Positions 7,805 to 17,293 of a stretch of 32,000 nucleotides of DNA are shown here, piece by piece (position 1 is the stretch's first letter; each line of letters begins with the position of its first letter). The notes beneath the pieces were generated by a model. It was given only the letters and a program-made list of their open reading frames with translations, was not told the DNA's origin and did not search any database. The stretch comes from Acaryochloris marina MBIC11017 (GTDB taxonomy: Bacteria > Cyanobacteriota > Cyanobacteriia > Thermosynechococcales > Thermosynechococcaceae), in NCBI RefSeq assembly GCF_000018105.1, contig NC_009925.1:3540001-3572000 (forward strand). Reading direction: 5' to 3'. Position numbers and translations under genes: made by a program.

Positions 7805-10206
7805 CCAATCCACAAAAGGCCGAGCAGAAAACCCAGGATCGGGTTGAAAGCAGTATTGAGCGGGAACGTCAGCCGATCCAGCCAGTTCAGGCACAGACCT
7901 CGACCAAGTTTATTAACCCACCGCCAACCACTGCACCCACATGGTTCCAAAATCGCTTTGTGGAAACTCAATTCCTGGGCAACTTTCTGCAAGATCCAGG
8001 GTTGCGGATGATGACGGTGGTGGGTCGGGGCGGGGTCGGCAAAACGGCGATGGTTTGTCGTCTCCTGAAAGCCTTGGAAAATGGATATCTGCCCGATGAC
8101 TTGGGACCGTTGCCTGTGGATGGCATTGTTTACCTCAGTCCAAAGGGCTTAAGGCAAGTTAATTTTCCTCATCTTTATGCAGACCTTTGTCGGCTATTGC
8201 CCCCTGCGATTGGGGAACATCTGAGTGAGATTTATCGCACTCCCCAAGCCTCTGCTTATGCCAAAATGCAAGCCCTGCTCAATGCATTTCCACAAGGTCG
8301 CGTCGTTGTTCTGCTGGACAATTTCGAGGAAGTGTTGGAGTCAGAGACTGGCAACTTGCAGGATCAGGAGTTTCAGGAGGCTTTGCAAGCTTTATTGGAA
8401 TTACCCCAGCATGGGGTCAAGGTGATTATTACGACTCGTGTTTCACCGCAACCCTTGCTGCTCACTGAGTCAGCACGCCAAGAGGTTCTGAGAGTAGATC
8501 AAGGGCTAGAATCCCCCCACGCTGAAAATCTGCTACAGCAGATGGATGCGAATGGCAGTCTTGGACTAAGGGATGCTTCCTCTGAATTACTCGATTTAGC
8601 CCGCCAAAGGACGCTGGGTTACCCACGAGCGTTGGAGGCTTTAGTCGCTATTCTGAAGGTTGATCGCAGCAGAACTCTAGCGGAGCTGCTTGATGATGCC
8701 AAGCAAACGCTACCTGAAAATGTGGTTGAAGTGCTGGTGGGTGAAGCCTTTAGCAGCCTTGATCCCTTGTCTCAACAGGTGATGCAGGCCCTGGCGATTT
8801 TAGGCAATTCAGTCACGGCAGGTGCGGTGGACTTTTTACTGCAACCCTATTTGCCGACAGTTGATAGTGCTCCTGTACTGGGCAGGTTAGTGAATATGTT
8901 TTTCGCCCGCCGAGAAGCAGGGCGATTTTATCTCCACCCAGTAGATCGCAGCTATGCTCTTAGTCGCATCCTGGAGGGGCAGCCAGAGGATCGTGATGCT
9001 GCTTCCTTGCCCTTTACCCGCTTTGCCCTTCTCAATCGGGCTGCTGACTATTACCAGACGATTCGAACGCCCAGAGAAAATTGGAAGATCCTTGAAGACC
9101 TGTCACCACATCTGGCAGAAATTGAGGTCCGAATTGCGGGGGAGAATTACGACACTGCAGCTTCAGTGCTGCTAGATATCGACTATGATTACCTGCTGCT
9201 TTGGGGGCATGCTCGGCTATCCGTTGATCTCTATGTACGACTAATAGGCTACCTCACAGATCGCGATCTAAAACGTTCATGTCTTATAAGCCTAGGCAAC
9301 TGCTATTACAGACTGGGCGACTATCCAAAAGCCATCGACTACTATCAACAGTATCTTGCGATCGCACGCGAGATTGGATACCGAAAAGGCGAGGGAATCT
9401 CCCTTGGCAACCTGGGCAACTGCTATGACAGCCTGGGCGACTATCCAAAAGCCATCGACTACCACCAACAGTCTCTTGCGATCAAGCGAGAGATAGGATA
9501 CCGACAAGGCGAGGGAAACTCCCTAGGCAACCTGGGACTTTGCTATGACAGCCTGGGAGACTATCCAAAAGCGATTGACTACCACCAACAGTCTCTTGCG
9601 ATTTCTCAAAAGATTGGAGATCAATATCTTGAAAGCTATGAATTCTGTTCCCTAGGTGACACATATATTGCAATTCGAGAACTTACTCAAGCATGTAAGT
9701 TTTATCGGGAGGCTAGCGATATTGCGTGCAAAACTAGTAACCGAGAGAACCAACATCTAGCATATTTCGGTTATGCCTTGGCCAACTTACTCAAAAATGA
9801 ACTAGAGATTGCCCAAAATGCAATCGATCTCACTCAAACCAATGATTACCCTCAGAATAATGCCGCAGCATTAACACTAGCGGGCATCATCCACCTACGC
9901 ACAGCTAAAGCCAATAAGGCCAAAGAGGCCTTTGTGCAAGGTGTAGAAGAAGCCGATAAGTTGCTCAAGATGTGCGATCAAAACCTGTTGATGTTGGAAA
10001 CTAAAGCCCTCGCTCACTGTGGTCTAGCACTTTGTGAAAAGACAAATCATCTAGCTGCCGCTCATCAAGCCTTCCAGGTCGCTCGTCAGATTACAACCGC
10101 CAAAGGCGTCATCGCACATCTACTCCAGTTATTCGATGCTCTCGCCATTACAGATACCGACAACATCCTCGTAACCACCCGACCAATCGCAGCAGGTCAG
10201 AACTGA
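7618..10206 (+). CDS. STAND NTPase (NB-ARC-like P-loop) plus TPR array; likely the continuation of the TIR ORF
   Basis: This frame is open from 7531 and reads RQYIDFSGDYDQALAALRSHL from 7579, a TIR C-terminal motif. A charged coiled-coil linker follows. Walker A is GRGGVGKT (8023-8046) and Walker B is VVVLLDNFEEV. A helical/winged-helix region and at least 8 TPR motifs (GDYPKAIDYHQQSLAI...) complete the ORF. The listed start at 7618 is a TTG and may not be a real initiation site. Confidence 0.8.
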   Translation: MAALRSHLQWRLSPKGILSSLQERLYDAERDLPRAPDEKEQARIQDEMDSLRKEIAAQQETIANPQKAEQKTQDRVESSIERERQPIQPVQAQTSTKFINPPPTTAPTWFQNRFVETQFLGNFLQDPGLRMMTVVGRGGVGKTAMVCRLLKALENGYLPDDLGPLPVDGIVYLSPKGLRQVNFPHLYADLCRLLPPAIGEHLSEIYRTPQASAYAKMQALLNAFPQGRVVVLLDNFEEVLESETGNLQDQEFQEALQALLELPQHGVKVIITTRVSPQPLLLTESARQEVLRVDQGLESPHAENLLQQMDANGSLGLRDASSELLDLARQRTLGYPRALEALVAILKVDRSRTLAELLDDAKQTLPENVVEVLVGEAFSSLDPLSQQVMQALAILGNSVTAGAVDFLLQPYLPTVDSAPVLGRLVNMFFARREAGRFYLHPVDRSYALSRILEGQPEDRDAASLPFTRFALLNRAADYYQTIRTPRENWKILEDLSPHLAEIEVRIAGENYDTAASVLLDIDYDYLLLWGHARLSVDLYVRLIGYLTDRDLKRSCLISLGNCYYRLGDYPKAIDYYQQYLAIAREIGYRKGEGISLGNLGNCYDSLGDYPKAIDYHQQSLAIKREIGYRQGEGNSLGNLGLCYDSLGDYPKAIDYHQQSLAISQKIGDQYLESYEFCSLGDTYIAIRELTQACKFYREASDIACKTSNRENQHLAYFGYALANLLKNELEIAQNAIDLTQTNDYPQNNAAALTLAGIIHLRTAKANKAKEAFVQGVEEADKLLKMCDQNLLMLETKALAHCGLALCEKTNHLAAAHQAFQVARQITTAKGVIAHLLQLFDALAITDTDNILVTTRPIAAGQN
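9295..9654 (+). repeat. Three tandem 120-bp units, each encoding a 40-aa TPR pair, inside the STAND gene
   Basis: The units start at 9295, 9415 and 9535, an exact 120-nt period. Units 1 and 2 are similar along their whole length (roughly 85-90% by eye). Unit 3 matches for its first 70 nt or so and then diverges. Confidence 0.85.
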
Positions 10207-10227
10207 GCAATCTTTTATCCACTAACA

Positions 10228-10842
10228 TCAATTAGCAGCTGCAAACACTGCATCTACAGTCAAATTCAACTGCGGGAAGATCCCAGAAACCAACATTTCT
10301 CCCGCTACAAAACGTCGAATTTGATACTCTTCACCGTCCAGCTGGCAGATTGTAATCGTCGGCTGCTTCGGTTTGCCAATGTGGCGCACAGCCCCTAACG
10401 CCCGAAAATCAACCAGCCAATATTCGGCAACGCCCATGGCCTCATACTCTACAAACTTGTGACCATAATCATCCCGCCAGTTTGTACTCACCACCTCAAC
10501 AATCAGTGGAGCCGTTTGACCCAACTGAATCACTGAAGCAGTGGGCCAAAGTGATTCTTGTGGCAATAACTCACGATTGAGAACCACAACATCTGGTATG
10601 TAGCCCGATCCTTCCGACTGAGGTTTAACTAGGCAAGTGCGAGGAATGGAATAGGGTAGCTGTTGTCTCCGAATTTCAAAATTGAACTCCGCGCTTAAAA
10701 AGCCACTGACATCCTCATGGGGACCGGTTGGTAGCCTCTCAACCCCAACTCCCTCAATTAATTCATACCGGCGGCCATCATCGGGATACCACTCAAGAAA
10801 AGCTCCAAAACTCATCGGGTGTTCTACCCGCGCTTGAACCAT
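10228..10842 (-). CDS. Uma2-family (DUF820) PD-(D/E)xK putative endonuclease
   Basis: 204-aa ORF with GGAGGA 7 nt upstream of the ATG. Family hallmarks are FLEWYPDDGRRYELIEGV, IPDVVVL, PLIVEVVS and YEAMGVAEYWLVD. Confidence 0.8.
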   Translation of the reverse strand: MVQARVEHPMSFGAFLEWYPDDGRRYELIEGVGVERLPTGPHEDVSGFLSAEFNFEIRRQQLPYSIPRTCLVKPQSEGSGYIPDVVVLNRELLPQESLWPTASVIQLGQTAPLIVEVVSTNWRDDYGHKFVEYEAMGVAEYWLVDFRALGAVRHIGKPKQPTITICQLDGEEYQIRRFVAGEMLVSGIFPQLNLTVDAVFAAAN

Positions 10843-11186
10843 GAGGAATCCTCCACAATGTCAATGCCCCATCCGTATTTACGAGCCCAAACGGATATCT
10901 GAAAGCCAAGCTTCACCTAAACCTACCATAGGCAAAATATACCGAAGCCAAGGTCAGCCCTGTCTACCCATCCTCACACTTGTGATTGCTCCTGGAGGAT
11001 TGGCATACCTCTCATTTTTTGCAGATCGGGCATACCACTAGCTCAGTTTCCACGAGGCTCAACACTTCAATAAGACATCGTCTTTTTGAATCAGTGCCTG
11101 GATGTTTACGACCAACAGTTGCGATATGTTTCTATCTCCTGCTTGGTCGACCAAATCCAGTTAAAAAAAGACCACGGTACCCGATA

Positions 11187-12251
11187 ATGTTTGAGGTTGT
11201 TATGGATAGTCTGACAGGCGAGGTAAAGCACGTGACCAATTTAGCCAATCCACTGCAAACATCAAACCAGCCGATTCCCGTTGGTGTGCTAGGGTTTGGC
11301 GGACTTGGACAAGCCGCAGCTAGAGTTCTAGCTCCCAAACAGCAAATGAAGCTGGTCGCCGCTGCAGACCAAAAAGGCTTTGCCCTCAACCCCGAAGGCT
11401 TGGATTTGCAAAGTGCGATCGCAGCCTACAAAACTCAAGGCTCCCTCGGTTACCTCGACCCAGGCGGTACCCTCAGCACCCAAAGCATTGCCGATCTGAT
11501 TCAGCAGAGCCAGAACGTTGCCGGTTTTTTCCTGGCGTTGCCTAACCTGCCCAATACCTTTATGGCCTCCGTCGCTAAACAGTTTATCGATCTAGGCTGG
11601 AAAGGCGTTTTAATCGATGCCATCAAACGGACCAGCGCCGTTGAGCAGCTTGTAGACCTCCGGGCTGAACTGGCAGCAGCAGGTATTACCTACGTCACAG
11701 GCTGTGGCGCTACCCCTGGCTTATTGACCGCGGCGGCTGCCTTAGCGGCCCAGAGCTACGCCGAAATTCATCAAGTCAAAATCACCTTTGGGGTCGGTAT
11801 TGCTAACTGGGAAGCCTACCGCGCCACCATCCGTGAAGACATTGCCCATTTACCCGGTTACACCGTCGAAACGGCTAAAGCCATGACCGATGCTGAGGTG
11901 GAAGCCTTATTAGACAAAACTAACGGCATCCTTAGCTTGGAAGATATGGAACATGCCGATGACATCATTCTAGAGATGGCCGGGATTTGTGGTCGCGATC
12001 ACGTCACCGTTGGCGGGGTCGTCGATACTCGCAATCCTAAGAAACCCCTGAGCACCAACGTGCAGCTTACGGGGCGAACCTTTGAAGGTAAAATCTCCAC
12101 CCATACCTTCACATTGGGTGATGAAACTAGCATGGCCGCCAATGTTTGTGGGCCTGCTTTTGGTTACCTCAAAGCAGGCATTGCCCTCCATCAACAAGGG
12201 CTTTGTGGACTCCTGACTTCTGCTCAGGTCATGCCCCATTTTGTGTCTTAA
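11187..12251 (+). CDS. NAD(P)-binding oxidoreductase, saccharopine-dehydrogenase-like
   Basis: It has a Rossmann motif ([17 protein letters not shown]) and [14 protein letters not shown], typical of the saccharopine dehydrogenase-like family. I moved the start from the track's 10986 to the ATG at 11187 because the upstream 67 codons look non-coding. The specific substrate is unknown. Confidence 0.55.
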   Translation: MFEVVMDSLTGEVKHVTNLANPLQTSNQPIPVGVLGFGGLGQAAARVLAPKQQMKLVAAADQKGFALNPEGLDLQSAIAAYKTQGSLGYLDPGGTLSTQSIADLIQQSQNVAGFFLALPNLPNTFMASVAKQFIDLGWKGVLIDAIKRTSAVEQLVDLRAELAAAGITYVTGCGATPGLLTAAAALAAQSYAEIHQVKITFGVGIANWEAYRATIREDIAHLPGYTVETAKAMTDAEVEALLDKTNGILSLEDMEHADDIILEMAGICGRDHVTVGGVVDTRNPKKPLSTNVQLTGRTFEGKISTHTFTLGDETSMAANVCGPAFGYLKAGIALHQQGLCGLLTSAQVMPHFVS

Positions 12252-12851
12252 CGGGCTTCTACAAAATTCATCCTTGTCTGAGAACTTTGCCCTAAACCGG
12301 ATAGGTTGTGGCTTTACTTTCTTAAGGAAGCAGATGGTGAGGGATGCCCTAGAGGTGATCGCGAAAAGGTCGCCACATTCTAGGTCAGCCATCGCTTTTT
12401 GATGGGTTCTATTCACGATCAAAAATGTTCTCAAAACGTTTTGTAGGCTGCTTTTAGAACTCTCTGAGCAGCCATGATTCGCTGTGGTTATGGCCCATCA
12501 TGAACACCGGTGAGCAATGAATGCAATGCTCAGGATCAAACCCTTTTGGCTAATAGGTTGTAGCGACTCAATCCCTCGTATTCTGAATTACTTGCGTGCT
12601 GTAGAAAATCACTTCTAGAAATATTGTCAAAATCTATAGATGTGTTTACAAATACCGTTTTGATATTCAGAATATGTTAGCGAGGATTGGTTTATTGATA
12701 ACCATTCGGAATTGTTGATGCTCTTTCTTATCTCTCACCCGAGATTCACTAACCTTTGCTCATAAAACAAATACGTGAACCTGAAAAGAGTTGCCGAGCC
12801 GAGGGGGGTATGAAGTTTATGTTCCTCATGTTTTGAAGATGGAGTTCATCT

Positions 12852-13652
12852 ATGTCGATTACAAAAAAAGTTTTTGCTGAGTTTTTTGGCACGTTCTGGC
12901 TGACCTTTGGGGGCTGTGGTAGTGCTGTATTTGCTGCTGTATACGCCACAAGCTTAGAAGTCGGTGAAGCCAAAGAAGCCTTTCCTTTTTCTTTGGGCAT
13001 TGGCTTTACAGGGGTGTCCCTGGCCTTTGGTTTAACGGTTCTGACCATGGCCTATGCGGTAGGCCATATTTCTGGCGGACATTTCAACCCAGCGGTCTCC
13101 TTTGGACTATGGGCAGGCAAGCGATTTTCTGGATCTGAACTCTTGCCTTACATCGTTGCTCAAGTGGTGGGTGCGATTGCTGCAGCGGGTCTTTTGTATC
13201 TCATCGCCAGTGGTGCGGGTCCCATTGATGTTTCCGGTGCGAACCCACTTGCGACCAATGGATTTGGTGCTCACTCACCCGGTGGCTACAATCTGGTTGC
13301 TTGTTTGATCGCAGAAGTCTTGCTCACCATGATGTTCCTCTTGATCATCTTGGGTGCCACAGACAGCCGTGCCCCTCAAGGGTTTGCTCCTGTTGCCATT
13401 GGTCTAGGCTTAACCCTGATTCACTTGATCAGCATTCCCATTACCAATACTTCCGTCAACCCTGCTCGTAGTACTGGCCCTGCCTTGATTGTTGGTTTGG
13501 CTGGCAACATGGAGTTATTTGCTCAAGTTTGGCTATTTTGGGTGGCACCGATTGCAGGTGCGATCGCAGCCGGTTTCATCTATAACGCTCTATTCGAAGC
13601 AGATACCACTGCCCCCACTGCAGGTGATCGGAGTTTCGCTGAGCGATCATAA
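12852..13652 (+). CDS. aqpZ: Aquaporin Z
   Basis: 266-aa ORF with six hydrophobic segments and both NPA boxes (GGHFNPAVS and TSVNPARS). The [19 protein letters not shown]-terminus is typical of AqpZ. Confidence 0.9.
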   Translation: MSITKKVFAEFFGTFWLTFGGCGSAVFAAVYATSLEVGEAKEAFPFSLGIGFTGVSLAFGLTVLTMAYAVGHISGGHFNPAVSFGLWAGKRFSGSELLPYIVAQVVGAIAAAGLLYLIASGAGPIDVSGANPLATNGFGAHSPGGYNLVACLIAEVLLTMMFLLIILGATDSRAPQGFAPVAIGLGLTLIHLISIPITNTSVNPARSTGPALIVGLAGNMELFAQVWLFWVAPIAGAIAAGFIYNALFEADTTAPTAGDRSFAERS

Positions 13653-13701
13653 GAGAGTCTCTCTCAGTTATTAACGCTCTCTAACATTTGCGAATCGATC
13701 A

Positions 13702-13932
13702 ATGTCCTTTTTGCGAGGCTATCTCGCGGCTTTAATAGATCCCACCTATCGGACCAATGCTTTAAAAGTGGCGGCCATAGTGGGGTCTATTTTATTGGCG
13801 ATTAATCATGGCGCGGCCCTAACCCAAAACAAAATGACCCGCGCACGCTGGATCTCAGCAGTCCTCACCTATTGCGTTCCCTATATGGTGAGTGTTCATG
13901 GCCAATATGTTAGTCGCACTAAACAACCGTAG
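13702..13932 (+). CDS. Small membrane protein resembling the NrtS nitrate/nitrite transporter family
   Basis: 76-aa ORF containing LKVAAIVGSILLAINHGAAL..MTRARWISAVLTYCVPYMVSVHGQ. From memory this matches the roughly 70-aa NrtS family pattern. It lies 49 nt downstream of aqpZ on the same strand. Confidence 0.5.
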   Translation: MSFLRGYLAALIDPTYRTNALKVAAIVGSILLAINHGAALTQNKMTRARWISAVLTYCVPYMVSVHGQYVSRTKQP

Positions 13933-13937
13933 TGGCG

Positions 13938-14795
13938 TTACTCCAAGTCGAGGGTGAGCTGGTAAATTTGACGACGAGACATGGCATGTTTCTCTGCCAA
14001 TTGCCGACTCGCCCGTGATTTAGACCATCCCTGAGCCAATAACGCTTGCAATTCTGTGCGTAGCTCTAGGTCTGTAGGCAAGGTCTTACTCACCACTGCT
14101 CCTGCCAAGACCACTGTAAATTCCCCTTTGGGTTCATGGCTTTGATAGTGGGTGATGGCAGCTTGCACCGATCCGCGCCAAAACTCCTCGAACCGTTTAG
14201 TTAATTCCCTTGCCAAGACAATCTGTCGCTCAGCACTGACCTGCTCTGCTAAATCTTTTAAGGTCTGGCGTAACCGATGGGGTGCCTCATACAAAACAAC
14301 GGTGCGGGATTCTGTCGCGATGTCCTGCAATCGCTGTTGACGCGCTTTTCCCTTTGCAGGCAGAAACCCCTCAAAACAGAAGCGATCGCAGGGTAACCCC
14401 GAGGCTACCAATGCTGCGATCGCAGCATTGGCACCAGGAATCGGTATCACTTCTATCCCAACCTCAACACAAGCTTGCACCAGTTCCACTCCCGGATCAG
14501 AAATTCCTGGCATGCCTGCATCACTAACGAGAGCTAAATCCTGCCCGGATTCTAATCGCTGAATTAGTTCCTGTGTGCGGGTTTGAGTGTTGTGCTGGTG
14601 ATAGCTAATTTGCGGGGTTTTGATCTGAAAGTGATGGAGCAGTTTACCCGTATGGCGCGTATCCTCGGCTGCGATCGCAGCCACCGTTTGCAAAATCCGT
14701 ACCGCCCGAAAGCTCATATCTTCTAAATTCCCAATCGGCGTTGCCACAATATACAAGCTGCCGTTTTGGGATGTATTGGTTTCAGAAGATGTCAT
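13938..14795 (-). CDS. rsmI: 16S rRNA (cytidine1402-2'-O)-methyltransferase
   Basis: It has LYIVATPIGNLEDMSFRAVRILQ, AEDTRHTGKLL, SDAGMPGISDPG and the C-terminal LTKRFEE region. I placed the start at the ATG at 14795. The track's 14801 is a TTG. Confidence 0.9.
   Translation of the reverse strand: MTSSETNTSQNGSLYIVATPIGNLEDMSFRAVRILQTVAAIAAEDTRHTGKLLHHFQIKTPQISYHQHNTQTRTQELIQRLESGQDLALVSDAGMPGISDPGVELVQACVEVGIEVIPIPGANAAIAALVASGLPCDRFCFEGFLPAKGKARQQRLQDIATESRTVVLYEAPHRLRQTLKDLAEQVSAERQIVLARELTKRFEEFWRGSVQAAITHYQSHEPKGEFTVVLAGAVVSKTLPTDLELRTELQALLAQGWSKSRASRQLAEKHAMSRRQIYQLTLDLE
14416..14423. repeat. HIP1 (highly iterated palindrome GCGATCGC), one representative copy
   Basis: Exact GCGATCGC. 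Further copies are at 4371, 9358, 11415, 13560, 14382 and 14671, and others at about 17895, 24125, 24335, 24548, 27345 and 31240. This density is characteristic of many cyanobacterial genomes. Confidence 0.85.
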
Positions 14796-14959
14796 AAACA
14801 ACTGAACAATCTAGAGCATATGCAGAGTATCGCCGATAAAGTGCTAAACAGACTATTTCGGGCAGACAGCCGCATATTTATAGATTCGCCAATACGATGG
14901 TTCACGGGAAATGAGCGAAACGGATGATTAGTTTAACACCATTCCAATTCAGTGATGTG

Positions 14960-15421
14960 CTATCCCACGATTTTGAATGGAGTGGCATTGTCCACCTCTT
15001 CAGAACCGCCCAAATAGACGTCGAACCATAGTTCTAAATTAAGTTCAGCAAGCCGCCGAGACTGTTGCGGTGAAATAGTCGGCCCACCATGTCCAGATAA
15101 GGATTGCCAAAAACAACTAATATCTGCTTTGCAACCAGCCTGACGCAGGGCAAAAAATCTATCCGTAATGGGTTCAACTTGGTCGAGGAGCCAATCAATG
15201 TGTCGGCGAGAATCGAGCGAATCAATCAAATGCTCAGTCTTTAAAAACCAACCGTTAATTCTTGCCTGCCGACGGGAGGACAGAGGATCACCCAAACGTT
15301 GGGTGAATGTGGGTTGGATGCCAAGCAGCTTGGTTACAGCATGAGGATCTTTAGTGCCGGGATATAACCGTAGCGTTGCGTAGGTCTTTTCACATATTGC
15401 GTAATCGTCGTTGTATTCCAT
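14960..15421 (-). CDS. DUF4279-domain protein
   Basis: YATLRLYPGTKDPHAVTKLLGIQPTFTQRLGD matches the DUF4279 N-terminal signature. The ATG at 15421 (MEYNDDY) is preferred over the GTG at 15433. Confidence 0.6.
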   Translation of the reverse strand: MEYNDDYAICEKTYATLRLYPGTKDPHAVTKLLGIQPTFTQRLGDPLSSRRQARINGWFLKTEHLIDSLDSRRHIDWLLDQVEPITDRFFALRQAGCKADISCFWQSLSGHGGPTISPQQSRRLAELNLELWFDVYLGGSEEVDNATPFKIVG

Positions 15422-15626
15422 ATCGCAAAGCACGATCGCTGTGGTTATACGTATAAAATCCCTGGGTAAAGATACATGAGGTCGATAATTTATAGCCTCG
15501 TCCGGTTACTTCTGTAGCTCTAACATCTGCTTCAAGGATATTACGATGTCAAATGTTGGCTACATCCTCCCTACCCGGTATAACGCTCAAACTCTCGTGT
15601 CTAAGCTGTCCTTATGTGTCTGAACC

Positions 15627-16292
15627 ATGAAACGAGCAAAATTCCTCACTCCCCGTATGAGCATCTTGCTCCTAACTGTGGTGTGTGTAGTGGCAACAGG
15701 CATCGCTCTACTGGCGTTGGGTAAGCTGGATACTACTCAAATTGAGGACATGGTTAGCCGTGTAGGGATTTGGGGACCCATTTATTACATCTTGGCTTAT
15801 GTCATCGCCACCCTCTTGGTTCTTCCTTCAACAGCCCTAAATCTCATGGGAGGGGGATTGTTCGGCCCTTGGTTAGGAACCCTTTGGACAAGCCTTGCCG
15901 CCATTATTGCCGCAGTTGTGGCTTTTTACTTGAGCCGCACTATTGGCCGCGAGCCGATTGCGAAACGATTAGCGGGACGCTGGCAAAAAATGGATGCTGA
16001 GGTCAAGCGTGGTGGTCTCTTCTACATGTTTGCGATTCGTTTAGTGCCGATTATGCCCTATGGCCTGGTGAACTTTGCAGCGGGTCTCACCTCTATCCGC
16101 TTTCGTGATTTTCTAATTGGGACAATCTTGGGCACCATTCCCAGTGTCTTGCCCTTTGTCCTCATCGGTAGTTCCAGCGTGCAAGCCCTCAACTCTGGTA
16201 ATGTTGCCCCTTTAATCGGTGCCTTGGCATTAACCGGAATCCTGGTAGCAGGATCAACCTATTGGCGACAAAAACGGTACAAGCGGAGTTGA
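15627..16292 (+). CDS. TVP38/TMEM64 (DedA-related) family membrane protein
   Basis: 221-aa polytopic ORF with the family motif RLVPIMPYGLVNFAAGLTSIRFRDFLIGT. Confidence 0.8.
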   Translation: MKRAKFLTPRMSILLLTVVCVVATGIALLALGKLDTTQIEDMVSRVGIWGPIYYILAYVIATLLVLPSTALNLMGGGLFGPWLGTLWTSLAAIIAAVVAFYLSRTIGREPIAKRLAGRWQKMDAEVKRGGLFYMFAIRLVPIMPYGLVNFAAGLTSIRFRDFLIGTILGTIPSVLPFVLIGSSSVQALNSGNVAPLIGALALTGILVAGSTYWRQKRYKRS

Positions 16293-16369
16293 TACCCGCG
16301 AAAAAGTGTTATGAACGCTACCGTTCAGTGCAAAACTGGTAGGTGGAGCTGACGCAATAATCTAAAAGT

Positions 16370-17251
16370 ATGACCAAAACAGCATGGGTATTTCCTGGGC
16401 AAGGGTCCCAGGCCATAGGTATGGGCCTCGACCTCCTTGACACCGAAATCGGCAAACAGCGGTTTGAAGCTGCAGCCAGCATCTTGGGATGGTCCGTCCC
16501 CGAAGTGTGCGGGGAGGATGAAACCCGCCTCTCCCAAACGAATTACACCCAGCCTTGCTTATACGTGGTGTCTGCTATTTTTTCCGACCTATTAACCGAG
16601 AAAGGACTAAAACCCGATTTGGTTGCGGGTCATAGTTTGGGAGAATACGTCGCCTTATACTCTGCCCAAGTCTTCGACTTTGAATCCGGTTTAAAGCTCG
16701 TACAAAAGCGATCAACTCTGATGTCTCAAGCTTCGGATGGCAAAATGGCTGCTTTGATGGGGTTTGATCGCGATCAGCTCAGTCAAACTGTTGATAGTAA
16801 AGATGGCGTGGTCTTGGCCAATGATAACCATGCAGGCCAAGTCGTCATTTCCGGCACACCCGCTGCTGTGGATAGCGTCTTAGGCAGTATTAAAGTTAAG
16901 CGGGCAGTGGAGCTGAATGTCAGCGGTGCCTTCCATTCACCTCTGATGGCGGATGCGGCGGCTGAATATGAATCAGTCCTCAATTCTATCGACTTTAAAC
17001 CTGCCCAAGTGCCCGTTGTCTCCAATGTAGAGCCAACGCCTTCAACCGATCCGGCTATCCTGCAAACTCGACTCATTCAGCAAATGACGGGGCCTGTGCG
17101 TTGGCGAGAAACGGCCCTCGTCTTTGCCGATCAAGGGATTGAAGCTGTTATGGAAGTCGGACCGGGCAAAGTCTTAACGGGGTTGGTCAAGCGGACCTGT
17201 AAAGAGATGGCTCTAACGAATATCAATAGTTTGGAGAGCCTACCTATGTGA
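16370..17251 (+). CDS. fabD: Malonyl-CoA:ACP transacylase
   Basis: It has FPGQGSQAIGMG, the active-site GHSLGEY, and VSGAFHSPLM. Confidence 0.92.
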   Translation: MTKTAWVFPGQGSQAIGMGLDLLDTEIGKQRFEAAASILGWSVPEVCGEDETRLSQTNYTQPCLYVVSAIFSDLLTEKGLKPDLVAGHSLGEYVALYSAQVFDFESGLKLVQKRSTLMSQASDGKMAALMGFDRDQLSQTVDSKDGVVLANDNHAGQVVISGTPAAVDSVLGSIKVKRAVELNVSGAFHSPLMADAAAEYESVLNSIDFKPAQVPVVSNVEPTPSTDPAILQTRLIQQMTGPVRWRETALVFADQGIEAVMEVGPGKVLTGLVKRTCKEMALTNINSLESLPM

Positions 17252-17293
17252 ATTTAGATAGGGTTTAACCGACCGGCCCAACCCCAATTTGAT

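Noticed and set aside
10986-11186. The 67-codon N-terminal extension of the oxidoreductase ORF, and the overlapping 66-aa ORF at 10841-11041
   Set aside because: The composition is non-protein-like, rich in Ser, Thr, His and Arg. The Rossmann fold starts shortly after the ATG at 11187. The extension would run into the Uma2 promoter region.
11970-12434. 154-aa minus-strand ORF overlapping the 3' end of the oxidoreductase gene
   Set aside because: About 280 nt of it are antisense to a well-supported CDS. No family signal is present, and it looks like an antisense shadow frame.
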